Assembly (NCBI GenBank): GCA_000402775.1
Contig: AQSC01000059.1
Span: 4,257 to 68,256 of the forward strand
Length of the DNA: 64,000 bases
Direction of reading: 5' to 3'
DNA from: Euryarchaeota archaeon SCGC AAA252-I15
GTDB lineage: Archaea > Altiarchaeota > Altiarchaeia > IMC4 > SCGC-AAA252-I15
The notes under the pieces are model-generated. The model made no database searches. It was not told the DNA's origin and saw nothing but the letters and a program-made list of their open reading frames with translations. Each line of letters begins with the position of its first letter. Position 1 is the first letter of the stretch. Positions 29,137 through 39,703 of this stretch are shown piece after piece. Made by a program: the position numbers and the translations under genes.

Positions 29137-30255
29137 TTTAACATGATCTTGGATGTCTTGAGCCTTATACCGCAACACAATCTTCCTGCTCCTGCCCCGC
29201 TCTCCCTCAAGATGCACTGTATCAACAAGCTTTAAGTGCTCTAACTTTTTAACCATCTCATTATACTTTTTAATTCCAACACCCGTCTCCTCCTTGAATC
29301 TCTCATAGACGACTCCAGAAACCTCCTCGCCCGAAGACGCAAGGTATGAAAGCAGGCTCCTCTCAGTATCATCCAAACCTCTGATAGTATTCTTTAAAGC
29401 CAGCATCTGAGATCCCCCCCCAAAAGCCTCGTCAACCTGCTTTACGGTTATCTCGCGCTTGGCATCCCGCTCGGCGACCAACCCGCTCCGCCTTAAAAGA
29501 TCAATTCCAATACGCAAATCCCCAAGGGAAAAAGTCCTATCAACCATATAATCCAAAACCTTCCTAGACACAACTCCCTGATAATATGCATGTTTCACAC
29601 GCTCCGACAAAATCTCGAAAAGCTCGTCCCGAGTGTAAGGCTCAAAGAAAACACGTTCTGGGTTGAAAACACTCCTAGTCTTGTCGTCAAGCTTCGCCAT
29701 AAACCTCTCGTCGATCATGGCACCGAAAACACCTACCCTGTCAAAACCGTAAGTCGTATGTGCTTTTAAAAGATCCACGAGAATCTTGTCGACGTTTTTT
29801 TTGATGAACAGTTGATCCAATTCATCCAAGGCAACAATTAAACCCTTATCCTCCTTTAAAAGCTTCGAAAAAATCTTCTCCTTCACCGACTCAATGGGTT
29901 TACCAGTGTCCGGGGGACTCGTCCCGAAAAGCATTTCATGAATCCTCGCAAATACTGCGAAACGCGTGTTCGCGTCTTCACAGTTAATGTATACTGTGAC
30001 AATCTTTCCCGAAGCCTCGTTAGCCTGGTCGAAGAGGTGTTTTATTATGGTGGTCTTTCCGGTCCCTGGAGGGCCGTACACTAGTGTGTTTATGGGGTTT
30101 AGTCCTCGAAGGCCGGGTTTAAGGGCGTATGACAGTGCCTTGAGTTGTTCGTCACGGTGTTGTATGTTTTCGGGTACGTATCCGGGGGTTAAAACTTTTC
30201 CGTTTCTAAAGAGGGTTTCCTCGTCCAATAGTATGTCTTTTGCGTCCACTGTCAT
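29125..30255 (-). CDS. cdc6: Orc1/Cdc6 replication initiator
   Basis: Walker A VYGPPGTGKTT, Walker B LIVALDELD, C-terminal winged helix. Confidence 0.95.
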   Translation of the reverse strand: MTVDAKDILLDEETLFRNGKVLTPGYVPENIQHRDEQLKALSYALKPGLRGLNPINTLVYGPPGTGKTTIIKHLFDQANEASGKIVTVYINCEDANTRFAVFARIHEMLFGTSPPDTGKPIESVKEKIFSKLLKEDKGLIVALDELDQLFIKKNVDKILVDLLKAHTTYGFDRVGVFGAMIDERFMAKLDDKTRSVFNPERVFFEPYTRDELFEILSERVKHAYYQGVVSRKVLDYMVDRTFSLGDLRIGIDLLRRSGLVAERDAKREITVKQVDEAFGGGSQMLALKNTIRGLDDTERSLLSYLASSGEEVSGVVYERFKEETGVGIKKYNEMVKKLEHLKLVDTVHLEGERGRSRKIVLRYKAQDIQDHVKTCK

Positions 30256-30550
30256 ATTATATCATTTCTTAAAGAAATAGTGAGGGCGTGAATTTCTGAC
30301 CCTATTTAATTTCATGGGAAGATGAATTTTAGGGGTTTTGCGGTGCCGATGCAAATGGGTTTTTTAATCATTTTTTTTCACGCCCTCATGATCCAAGTGG
30401 ATTGTGACCACATCACCCCATTTCAAACTTAGCTTCTCCTTCTATTAAAAAATCATCCAAGAGAGCAAAGGAAAAGTATCCCTACTCATTTTGTGGTAAC
30501 TAATCATTTTTTTGTATTTTTATACTTGCCTACATATTACCTACAATACC
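30256..30550. promoter_or_regulatory. Candidate replication origin (cdc6-adjacent intergenic region with inverted repeats)
   Basis: Perfect 12-bp inverted repeat TGAGGGCGTGAA (30281-30292) / TTCACGCCCTCA (30377-30388) flanks an 84-bp spacer with A/T runs. The AT-rich stretch 30430-30530 also holds the divergent promoters. Confidence 0.5.
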
Positions 30551-31215
30551 ATGGAAAACATAGAAAAATCGCTTAAGGCACTTCAAGACGGCTCTTTCAT
30601 ACTCGTGCACGATTCCTCTGGGAGAGAAGACGAAACCGATCTTATAGTCGCCGCCGAAAAAATCACTCCAGCTCACGTACGCACGATGAGAAACGAGGGG
30701 GGAGGATTGATATGCACTGCCCTGGCAAAAGATTTAGCCGAAAAATTAAGTCTAGTCTTCATCCAAGACATATACCAAGCCGCAGCAAAATCCTTTCAAA
30801 TCCTCCCGGAACTTAAAGCCGACGACATACCCTACGACGAAAAATCATCTTTTTCCATAACCGTAAACCACAGGAAAACATTCACAGGAATAACCGACAC
30901 AGACAGGGCGCTCACCATACGGGAACTAGCCTACATCGCGAAAGCCGAGCCAAACCCACAGGCGTTTGGCTTGAATTTCCGAACACCCGGGCACATTCCA
31001 CTTCTTATCTCTTCAGGATTGGGCAAGCGGGAGGGACACACAGAACTTTCAATAGGACTTCTTGAGATGGCGGGGCTTACTCCAGTCTCCGTGGTTTGTG
31101 AGATGATGGACGATGAAACCTTCAAAGCCTTGACGGCGGAGAAGGCGAAGGCTTATGCAGAGAAAAACGGTCTAGTATTCCTTGAAGGATCTGAAATTCT
31201 AAATGCATATGAGAA

Positions 31216-31228
<13 letters not shown>
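30551..31228 (+). CDS. ribB: 3,4-dihydroxy-2-butanone-4-phosphate synthase
   Basis: VHDSSGREDETDLIVAAEKITPAHVRTMRNEGGGLICTAL and RTPGHIPLL. Confidence 0.9.
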
Positions 31229-32314
<1,086 letters not shown>

Positions 32315-32325
32315 GGTGGAAAAAA

Positions 32326-32745
32326 ATGACTGAGAAAATAAGTTTAGGTATTGTGGCAAGCGAATTCAACTACGACATAACGTACGCCATGGTAGAGCTT
32401 GCGAAAGAGCACGCCGACTTTCTGGGGGCCAGCGTCTCCCAGGTCGTTAAGGTTCCGGGAGTCTTCGACATGCCGCTTGCAGTCAAGAAGCTATTGGAGA
32501 AGAAGGACGTTGACGCGGTCGTAACACTTGGGTGCGTCATCGAAGGCCAGACAGAACACGACGACGTGGTCATACAGCACGCCAGCCGAAAGATTGCGGA
32601 CTTGGCCTTGGAATACGACAAGCCCACCGCACTCGGAATCTCAGGCCCCGGCATGAGCAGGCTCGAAGCTCACAAGAGGGTGGAATACGCAAAACGGGCC
32701 GTAGAAGCGGCTGTGAAAACAGTCAAAGTATTAAAGGCGATTTAA
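32326..32745 (+). CDS. ribH: 6,7-dimethyl-8-ribityllumazine synthase
   Basis: [15 protein letters not shown]...[15 protein letters not shown]...[28 protein letters not shown] lies before the ATG at 32326. Confidence 0.9.
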   Translation: MTEKISLGIVASEFNYDITYAMVELAKEHADFLGASVSQVVKVPGVFDMPLAVKKLLEKKDVDAVVTLGCVIEGQTEHDDVVIQHASRKIADLALEYDKPTALGISGPGMSRLEAHKRVEYAKRAVEAAVKTVKVLKAI

Positions 32746-32949
32746 GGCGGCTAAGCGAGCGGTAGCGAGCGCACACAGTAGACTTTTAGTTTGGTGTGTG
32801 TCCTACTTTAGTCGGCCACATGTCGCCTCTTTGCCTCCGGCTAACTCCGACCAGTTTAGGCGGTGAAGGTTGTGCTGGTGTTTTTATCCTGTTATCCGGT
32901 GATGACTCCATGAATCCTTTTTTTATTTCTTGCTTTCCCATACTTATTC

Positions 32950-33099
32950 ATGACAGAGCCGTCTTCCGCGCCTGTGCCGGGTGAGTCGGAGCGCGAGTGG
33001 ACTATCGAAGATGACTTGAGAATCCAGGAGTTGTTGAGGTTGCTTGAGGATTCCTTAAAGAGGCTTAAGGATTTGAACAAAAAAAATCGGGGTGAATAA
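32950..33099 (+). CDS. Small ORF (49 aa) preceding tandem paralog 1
   Basis: MTEPSSAPVPGESEREWTIEDDLRIQELLRLLEDSLKRLKDLNKKNRGE. A degenerate, frameshifted copy (ILRLLADALKET.. / LRRLNKKKDQGE) precedes paralog 2. Confidence 0.35.
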   Translation: MTEPSSAPVPGESEREWTIEDDLRIQELLRLLEDSLKRLKDLNKKNRGE

Positions 33100-33105
33100 A
33101 GGAAA

Positions 33106-33714
33106 ATGCATAAAAAAACAGTGCTAACGGAAACAGCTAAATTGTTGCGCAAAGGATTGGATAAAAGAACTGGGGAAGTCGGTGGTACTCTCGAAGAGAG
33201 AAGTGAAGCGGAATTCAAGCGGATGCTCGACCCAAACACTGATACGGGTCGGATGGTGGGTGAATTAGTCAAAGAAATAGTAGATACGGCCTCACGCCTA
33301 ACACATAGTGACCCCCTCGCCAAGGTAATAAGTGACTTGGGTGGTGTTCCAGTACAATTGTTTAAATTTATTACCGGGCGACCCGAACTTGACTATCCCA
33401 ACAGGGAAGGAGCCCGTGATCCCAGATCCGCCATATTTGAAGATGGTAGACCCGCCTTCAAACTATCTGGAGGTAAAGTGTCTGATGGACAAAGCTTGCT
33501 GCTTCTCGGAGAAATGGGTAATAAAAAAATCGGATTTCACTACAGGACGCCTGATCCCGCGGCAGAACTTTCAGCAGCGATAAGAGGTCGCTATACCACA
33601 CTAAACAATGTGGATCCCTTAAACCATAGGGTAAGCCCGCAATCCGTTTACGAGCATCTATTGAGTGCTGCCGATGCAATGGAAAAAACGCAAAGAAGAT
33701 TAGCATTCACGTAA
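33106..33714 (+). CDS. Hypothetical protein, tandem paralog 1 (202 aa)
   Basis: Conserved blocks shared with 33795-34409 (RMLD..T.TG, GVPVQ, LG....GF, VY...L.AA.A.EK). GGGTGA SD. Confidence 0.7.
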   Translation: MHKKTVLTETAKLLRKGLDKRTGEVGGTLEERSEAEFKRMLDPNTDTGRMVGELVKEIVDTASRLTHSDPLAKVISDLGGVPVQLFKFITGRPELDYPNREGARDPRSAIFEDGRPAFKLSGGKVSDGQSLLLLGEMGNKKIGFHYRTPDPAAELSAAIRGRYTTLNNVDPLNHRVSPQSVYEHLLSAADAMEKTQRRLAFT

Positions 33715-33794
33715 AATCTTGAGGTTGCTTGCGGACGCCTTAAAGGAAACTTAAGGCGTCTAAACAAAAAAAAAGATCAGGGTGAACGGAAAAA

Positions 33795-34409
33795 ATGCCA
33801 ACAGTAATACAGAAAGATTTGGAGCATTTTAAGGGGCTTCGTGATTCCTCGCTTAGGGCTGAGTTGTTGCAGGGCAGGCACGGTGACAGAAACCTAGAGA
33901 TGAAGGAGTCTGGGACAGGGTTTACCGAACGAAACGGGCAAGAGTTGGATAGAATGCTCGATGCGACAACTGCCACTGGAGCGATGATGACAGCTTTAGT
34001 TGACGAGCTTGTCGGAAGCGGCAGGCAAGGGCCTCTCGCCAGCGCAATGCAAGGTTTTAATGGCGTTCCAGTGCAGGTGTTAGAGCACCTTGGTAGTACA
34101 GACGAAATCTATCAACGATCACCCGCGGTTGATGATGAAGGCGAGCTCACTTTCATGATGAACTCTGACGGGCGAATAATGAAAAGGACAAGGGGTTTAT
34201 CAGGATCCAATGTCCAGGATGTGTTGTTTCTAGGCAAAACAAAGGGTGGAGGACTTGGTTTTTTTGTTGAATATAATAGCAAGGAATTTCCTGGAAGGAC
34301 TAACATAAGGGCTGCAACAGAGGGAGAGAAAACAAATATTAGTGCGACAGACGTATACGGCCAGTTTTTACACGCCGCACACGCAATAGAAAAAGCCCCC
34401 ACAATCTGA
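33795..34409 (+). CDS. Hypothetical protein, tandem paralog 2 (204 aa)
   Basis: Paralog of 33106-33714. The upstream ~80 nt, including the SD context, is also duplicated. Confidence 0.7.
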   Translation: MPTVIQKDLEHFKGLRDSSLRAELLQGRHGDRNLEMKESGTGFTERNGQELDRMLDATTATGAMMTALVDELVGSGRQGPLASAMQGFNGVPVQVLEHLGSTDEIYQRSPAVDDEGELTFMMNSDGRIMKRTRGLSGSNVQDVLFLGKTKGGGLGFFVEYNSKEFPGRTNIRAATEGEKTNISATDVYGQFLHAAHAIEKAPTI

Positions 34410-34458
34410 CCTAAACATGATGGGTTGGGTTCCGAAAAAAAAGGTTTGATTTAAATAC

Positions 34459-35121
34459 GTGTTCAAAATACTATTCGGTGGTTTTAGGGTGCAACCGCAT
34501 GTAATACTCAATTCTGCGATGAGCCTGGACGGGCAGATCGGAAAAAAGGGCCAGCAGATAGTATTCTCTAACAGGATCGACAACTACCGGGTGCAGGAGC
34601 TTCGCGGAAGCGTTGACGCCGTCATGGTGGACGTCGAGACCATCATAAAAGACAACCCTGACTTGCATGCTCCAAGCGCTGCCGAGAAAGCACCCGTCAA
34701 AGTCGTCGTCGACAAAAACTGTGAAATCCCCCTGGACTCGAAAGTACTTGAAGGCGAAGACGAAGTGATAATCGTAGTCGCCGCAACAGCAACAAAAAGC
34801 CGCACCGAAAAACTAACCAAGCTTCGCGAACGAATCGAAGTCTTAACTTCAGGGAAAAACGCAGTAAACCTTGAAAACCTGCTTTGGACGCTCTATGAGC
34901 GGAGGATCAGGAAAATACTGCTTGAAGGCGGCCGGGCCCTAAACCGCAGGATGCTCGACGAAGGCTTGGTAGACGAAATTTATTTGACTGTCGCGCCCAT
35001 GCTCATCGGCGAAGGCTTGAACTTTTATGAGAGCAAGGAAAAGCAGAAGATAGAGCTTAATCTCGAGGGGATTTTACAGTACGGCGACCAGGTTGTCTTG
35101 CACTATCACGTCAAGAAGTAG
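34459..35121 (+). CDS. RibD C-terminal-domain reductase (archaeal diaminohydroxyphosphoribosylaminopyrimidine reductase type)
   Basis: HVILNSAMSLDGQIGKKG...LLEGGRALNRRMLDEGLVDEIYLTVAPMLIG. The true start may be the GTG at 34489. Confidence 0.8.
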   Translation: MFKILFGGFRVQPHVILNSAMSLDGQIGKKGQQIVFSNRIDNYRVQELRGSVDAVMVDVETIIKDNPDLHAPSAAEKAPVKVVVDKNCEIPLDSKVLEGEDEVIIVVAATATKSRTEKLTKLRERIEVLTSGKNAVNLENLLWTLYERRIRKILLEGGRALNRRMLDEGLVDEIYLTVAPMLIGEGLNFYESKEKQKIELNLEGILQYGDQVVLHYHVKK

Positions 35122-35130
35122 CGGTTTTTC

Positions 35131-36312
35131 ATGGAGCGTATTCTAGTCTGCGGTTTGAATTGCCGTCCAGTCGCGCTTTCCGCGAAAGCATTGGGTTTTG
35201 AAGTTCACGTTGTCGATTTCTTCGGGGATGTAGACTTAAAGCGTAATGTCGACAAGCTTTATTCCCTTGGAGGGGAATATGACTCGCAAAAGCTTTGTGA
35301 TCTGGCAGTCTCGGTTACGGAAAAAGGCTCTTTCGACGGTGTTTTTCTGACTTCAGAGCTAGGTTGTAATGCAAGTTATGTTAAAGCATTCGAGCCTTGC
35401 GGGTCAATTTTGGGAAATGACTCGAAAACCGTTGCTGCTGTGAGAGACTGGAAGGCTTTTTTCGAAAAGCTTTCGGAGCTTGACATACCCCACCCGAAAA
35501 CACGGGTAGTGTCGAGTGAGGGCGAGGTTGCTGGGGTGGTGGGTGAGATTGGTTTTCCCCTCGTGGTCAAGCCAACTCACGGTTCGGCAGGTTTTGGGGT
35601 GATATTGGCTGAAACTGAAAGTGAAGTCTATGATTCACTAAAACATTATGGAGTGATACTCGTCCAAGAATACATTCAAGGGGTTGATGCGAGCGTTAGC
35701 GCGTTGGGATCTGGCGGGGCAGTTAAGTCCTTGTCTTTTAACAGGCAGTTTCTAGGCCTTGAGTTTCTGGGTTGCACTCTTCCCTTCCAATACTGCGGGA
35801 ACATGGTACCCGTAAAACATGGGCTTGCATCTGAATGCAAGCGAATAACTGAACTGATTGGATCCCAATTCAATCTGAAAGGATCCTTTGGAATAGACTT
35901 TGTAATCGCCGACAAACCCTACGTCATCGAAGTAAACCCCCGGTTTCAAGACACATTAGAGTGCGTTGAAAGAGCATATGGGGTAAACCTGGTTGAACAG
36001 CACCTTAATTCGCTTGAAGGAAGACTCCCAAACAATATGGAAGCCTCAAAAGTCTGTGCAAAAGGAATCCTCTATGCTGTTTCCGACCTCACGGTTTCAG
36101 GGGATCTCACAAAAATTTCCGATGTCGCAGACATCTACAAGCCGGGGACGAAAGTAAGCAACGGCGAGCCGGTCTGCAGCGCCTTCAGCACGGGATCTTG
36201 TGAAGACGAAGCGCTTAATAATCTTAAAATCAAAGTAGGAGAAATCCAAAAGAATCTTTTGAAGGTGAATCAATGTTGGCAATCATCGCAGGATACTTCA
36301 TCCTCCTGCTAG
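35131..36312 (+). CDS. ATP-grasp superfamily ligase (carboligase-like)
   Basis: FPLVVKPTHGSAGFGV, ILVQEYIQG, GSFGIDFVIADKPYVIEVNPRF. Confidence 0.7.
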   Translation: MERILVCGLNCRPVALSAKALGFEVHVVDFFGDVDLKRNVDKLYSLGGEYDSQKLCDLAVSVTEKGSFDGVFLTSELGCNASYVKAFEPCGSILGNDSKTVAAVRDWKAFFEKLSELDIPHPKTRVVSSEGEVAGVVGEIGFPLVVKPTHGSAGFGVILAETESEVYDSLKHYGVILVQEYIQGVDASVSALGSGGAVKSLSFNRQFLGLEFLGCTLPFQYCGNMVPVKHGLASECKRITELIGSQFNLKGSFGIDFVIADKPYVIEVNPRFQDTLECVERAYGVNLVEQHLNSLEGRLPNNMEASKVCAKGILYAVSDLTVSGDLTKISDVADIYKPGTKVSNGEPVCSAFSTGSCEDEALNNLKIKVGEIQKNLLKVNQCWQSSQDTSSSC

Positions 36313-37610
36313 TTATGGGATTTTACACTAGGAAAACCAAGACCCTGAGCGAGTTCATGCTCGCGGGAAAAAATTTATCCTTCTGGGTTCTCGTAGCCTC
36401 GATTGCAACCACATTCTACGGTGCGACAGCAATCCTTGGCGGGGCAGAACTCTCATTCTACTTTGGTTTGGGTGCCCTCTGGTTTATGATTCCATTCTAC
36501 CTTGGAAACATCTTAGTGTTTTATTTCATTGGAAGAATTGAAAAATCCCAAGCTGAGACGCTTCCCGACTTTCTAGGGCAATTCTACGGAAGCAAGACAG
36601 TGGTCGCATCCGCACTATTACTCTCGTTTCTATGTCTCGTCCCCGGTTCAATCATCGCTGCCGGAAAAATAATGCACTTCATCCAGCCAGTATCACCGGA
36701 ATTTTGGATGACTGCAGTCACGGCAGTTATTACAGTCTACACTCTCTTGGGAGGGATGAGGGCTGTATCCTACTCAGACGTACTACAGTTTGTGATAATG
36801 ATCGCAGGGCTGCTCATACTACTCCCCTTTGCACTGCAATATTCTCCCGACTTCATAAACCAAATTCCTGCTGAGAGTAAAAACCCTTTTTCATATTCTT
36901 CAATGTTTCCCCAAAACGCCTTAAGATGGGCGATACTTCTTCTCTTTCTGCCCATAACTTCAGCCCCCCTCTATCAAAGGTTTTTCGCAACGCAGCCGAA
37001 AGTAAACCGGAAGAAAGCAATAGTCTACACAATACTCTTCTACATGATAGTTGACGTAATAGTATTGACTTCAGGACTCATCGCCCAAGCGAACGCCGAA
37101 ACCTTAGGGATTTCCGAAGAAAACGCGGACATAGCCTTCATAATACTCGGGCTTACAATACTACCCGCCCCCATAAAAATATTATTCTCACTGGGGATGC
37201 TTGCCGCAATAATGAGCACCGCCGACTCATGGCTTCACGCCGGAGGATCATCGCTCGCCCACGATGTGCTAAGAAAATTAAGCAAGACTTCCGAAGAAAA
37301 GCTCGTAGTTGCTTCCAGGATACTCATCCTGGCTCTAGGACTTGTCAGTCTAGCACTCGCCTTATACTTCAACGACTTCTTAACAGCCTTAACCTTCCTT
37401 CTCACAGTCTGGATTTCGGGAATACTCGTTCCCACGCTCGCAATACTTTCGAATAAAAAAATAACCGAAAAAAGCGCATTTTACGCAATAATTGCCGGTG
37501 GATTATCCTCAATAATCTGGGGGCTTATAAATCCACTTCCAATAGACCCCCTGTTTGTCGGACTAGCATTCTCATTTTCCGAAGCCCTTCTTTTTAACCG
37601 GCAACCCTAA
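36273..37610 (+). CDS. Sodium:solute symporter family transporter
   Basis: About 12 predicted TM helices. FMLAGKNLSFWVLVASIATTFYGATAILGGAE is typical of the SSS N-terminus. Substrate unknown. Confidence 0.7.
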   Translation: MLAIIAGYFILLLVMGFYTRKTKTLSEFMLAGKNLSFWVLVASIATTFYGATAILGGAELSFYFGLGALWFMIPFYLGNILVFYFIGRIEKSQAETLPDFLGQFYGSKTVVASALLLSFLCLVPGSIIAAGKIMHFIQPVSPEFWMTAVTAVITVYTLLGGMRAVSYSDVLQFVIMIAGLLILLPFALQYSPDFINQIPAESKNPFSYSSMFPQNALRWAILLLFLPITSAPLYQRFFATQPKVNRKKAIVYTILFYMIVDVIVLTSGLIAQANAETLGISEENADIAFIILGLTILPAPIKILFSLGMLAAIMSTADSWLHAGGSSLAHDVLRKLSKTSEEKLVVASRILILALGLVSLALALYFNDFLTALTFLLTVWISGILVPTLAILSNKKITEKSAFYAIIAGGLSSIIWGLINPLPIDPLFVGLAFSFSEALLFNRQP

Positions 37611-37626
37611 AAGAATAACGAAGAAA

Positions 37627-39057
37627 ATGGGCGATAAACTCAAACTTCCCGGCAATCCCAAAGACGTCGTCATGCGGTTCGCACCGAACCCGAACGGCCC
37701 CTTAACATTAGGCCACGCGCGAGGAGTAGTCGTAAACAGTGAGATGGTTGCAAAATACGGGGGAAAATTAATCTTGCGCTTTGACGATACTGACCCCCGG
37801 ATTAAAAAACCGCTTCTTACCGCATACGATTGGATTGAGAAGGATATGGAATGGCTTGGTGCTAAACCAGATGAAATCGTCATCGCCTCCGACCGGATTC
37901 CAGTCTACTACGAGCATGCTGAAAAGCTTATCGGATTGGGGAAGGCTTACGTATGTGAGTGTGAGCGGGAGGAATTCAAGAGCCGGAAAGCCCAAGGCCA
38001 GGTCTGCGCGTGCAGGGAGTCGGAGGAATCCCTGGATGGCTGGAAGCAGATGATTGAAGGCAAGTTCGAGGAAGGTGAAACAGTTCTTAGGATAAAGACT
38101 GACATGCATCATCCAAATCCCGCATTGCGTGACTGGGTCGCATTTCGCATAATAAAGGAGGATCATCCGCGAGTGGGGGGGAAATACGTCGTGTGGCCGA
38201 TGCTTGATTTCGAGTCCGCGATAGAAGACCACTTGCTCGGAATAACCCACATAATACGCGGCAAGGATCTTTCGGACTCTGAGAAAAAACAGGGGTTTGT
38301 ATACGGCTACTTAGGCTGGGATTACCCTTCCGTCATCCACTGGGGAAGGCTTGCGATACACGAGTACGGTAAATTCTCCACATCAGAAATGTCAAAGGCA
38401 ATAGCGGAAGGAAGATACTCCGGTTGGGATGATCCAAGCCTTCCAACCTTAAGGTCCCTCAAGCGCCGGGGAATACAAGCTGCGGCCATCCGGACCCTAA
38501 TGACGGATCTGGGCTTAAGCCTCTCAGATATTACAGTAAGCCTTGAAAACCTTTACGCTGAAAACAGAAAGCTTATTGACGGAACATCAAACAGGTACTT
38601 TTACGTGGAAGACCCGGTGAAAGTCACAGTAAAAAACTCACCGTGCAAGACCTTCAGGATGCCGCTTCACCCCGTACACAGGGGCAGAGGAGTCCGGGAA
38701 TACGCGTTAAGCAATAAGAATGGGGAGGCGGAAGTATTCATTTCAAATGATGACGCGTGCAAGCTGGAAAAAGGTGACGTACTCCGGCTTATAGGATACT
38801 GTGCTGTCGAAGTTGAATCAGTCGAAGGAAATCCAGTATGCAAGACTTCAAACGAAAAAACGAAGGGTAAAATCCAGTGGATACAAGATGGAGTCAACTG
38901 TAAAATTGCAAAACCAGAGGGAACCACACATGGATTATGCGAGAAAAAATGCACGGAACTTAAAGTCGGTGACGTAATCCAGTTCGAAAGATACGGATTT
39001 GTCAAGCTAGACGAAAAAAAAGAGGGTGAACTAGTCTTCTACTACGCCCACAGATAA
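37627..39057 (+). CDS. gltX: Glutamate--tRNA ligase (archaeal type)
   Basis: RFAPNPNGPLTLGHARG (HIGH region), LRFDDTDP, GITHIIRGKDL, KFSTSEM (KMSKS-like). Confidence 0.9.
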   Translation: MGDKLKLPGNPKDVVMRFAPNPNGPLTLGHARGVVVNSEMVAKYGGKLILRFDDTDPRIKKPLLTAYDWIEKDMEWLGAKPDEIVIASDRIPVYYEHAEKLIGLGKAYVCECEREEFKSRKAQGQVCACRESEESLDGWKQMIEGKFEEGETVLRIKTDMHHPNPALRDWVAFRIIKEDHPRVGGKYVVWPMLDFESAIEDHLLGITHIIRGKDLSDSEKKQGFVYGYLGWDYPSVIHWGRLAIHEYGKFSTSEMSKAIAEGRYSGWDDPSLPTLRSLKRRGIQAAAIRTLMTDLGLSLSDITVSLENLYAENRKLIDGTSNRYFYVEDPVKVTVKNSPCKTFRMPLHPVHRGRGVREYALSNKNGEAEVFISNDDACKLEKGDVLRLIGYCAVEVESVEGNPVCKTSNEKTKGKIQWIQDGVNCKIAKPEGTTHGLCEKKCTELKVGDVIQFERYGFVKLDEKKEGELVFYYAHR

Positions 39058-39142
39058 AAAAAAATTTTTATTTTTAAAGCACAACTACCATATTCTTGAC
39101 CTGAATTTTAGATGATCCGATGAATTAAATGAGGTGATAATT

Positions 39143-39502
39143 ATGAATTACGTAAAGTTTGAAGCTCCAAAGGAATTAGTAGATAATTCCTTGGAAGCTC
39201 TGGAGATTGCAAGAGACTCCGGGAAAACCAGGAAAGGAACCAATGAAGTTACGAAAGCCTGCGAGAGAGGCACAGCCAAACTCGTATTAATCGGCTCCGA
39301 CGTAGACCCACCAGAAATAGTCATGCACCTTCCAATGCTGTGCGAGGAAAAAGAGATCCCCTACATCTACGTGGCAAAAGCGGAGATAGGGGAGTCAATC
39401 GGAATACACGTTCCCACAGCCTCAGCATGCATTATCGAGGAAGGAAAAGCTAAAGACCTTATCGAAGAAGTTAAGAAAAAACTCTCCGAAATCAAGAAGT
39501 AA
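39143..39502 (+). CDS. rpl7ae: 50S ribosomal protein L7Ae
   Basis: [55 protein letters not shown]. Confidence 0.95.
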   Translation: MNYVKFEAPKELVDNSLEALEIARDSGKTRKGTNEVTKACERGTAKLVLIGSDVDPPEIVMHLPMLCEEKEIPYIYVAKAEIGESIGIHVPTASACIIEEGKAKDLIEEVKKKLSEIKK

Positions 39503-39504
39503 AG

Positions 39505-39699
39505 ATGGTTAACGCTGAAGTAGTGAAAATTATCGGTCGAACCGGAATATACGGGGAAGTCATACAAGTCATGTGCAAGATAAAAGAAGGCGAAACAGAA
39601 GGACGAGTAATCCGCCGAAACGTCCGAACACCCGTAAGACAAGGAGACATACTAGACCTTCGAGAATCTGAGAGAGAGGCAAAACCAATCAACAGGTAA
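39505..39699 (+). CDS. rps28e: 30S ribosomal protein S28e
   Basis: [21 protein letters not shown]...[27 protein letters not shown]. Confidence 0.95.
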   Translation: MVNAEVVKIIGRTGIYGEVIQVMCKIKEGETEGRVIRRNVRTPVRQGDILDLRESEREAKPINR

Positions 39700-39703
39700 A
39701 AAA

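Noticed and set aside
32892-33323. 143-aa minus-strand ORF and the 62-aa ORF at 32796-32984 in the ribH-downstream gap
   Set aside because: The minus ORF overlaps the start of the well-supported paralog gene and the small plus-strand ORF. Neither has an SD or recognisable features. The region is better explained as non-coding repeat plus the 49-aa ORF.
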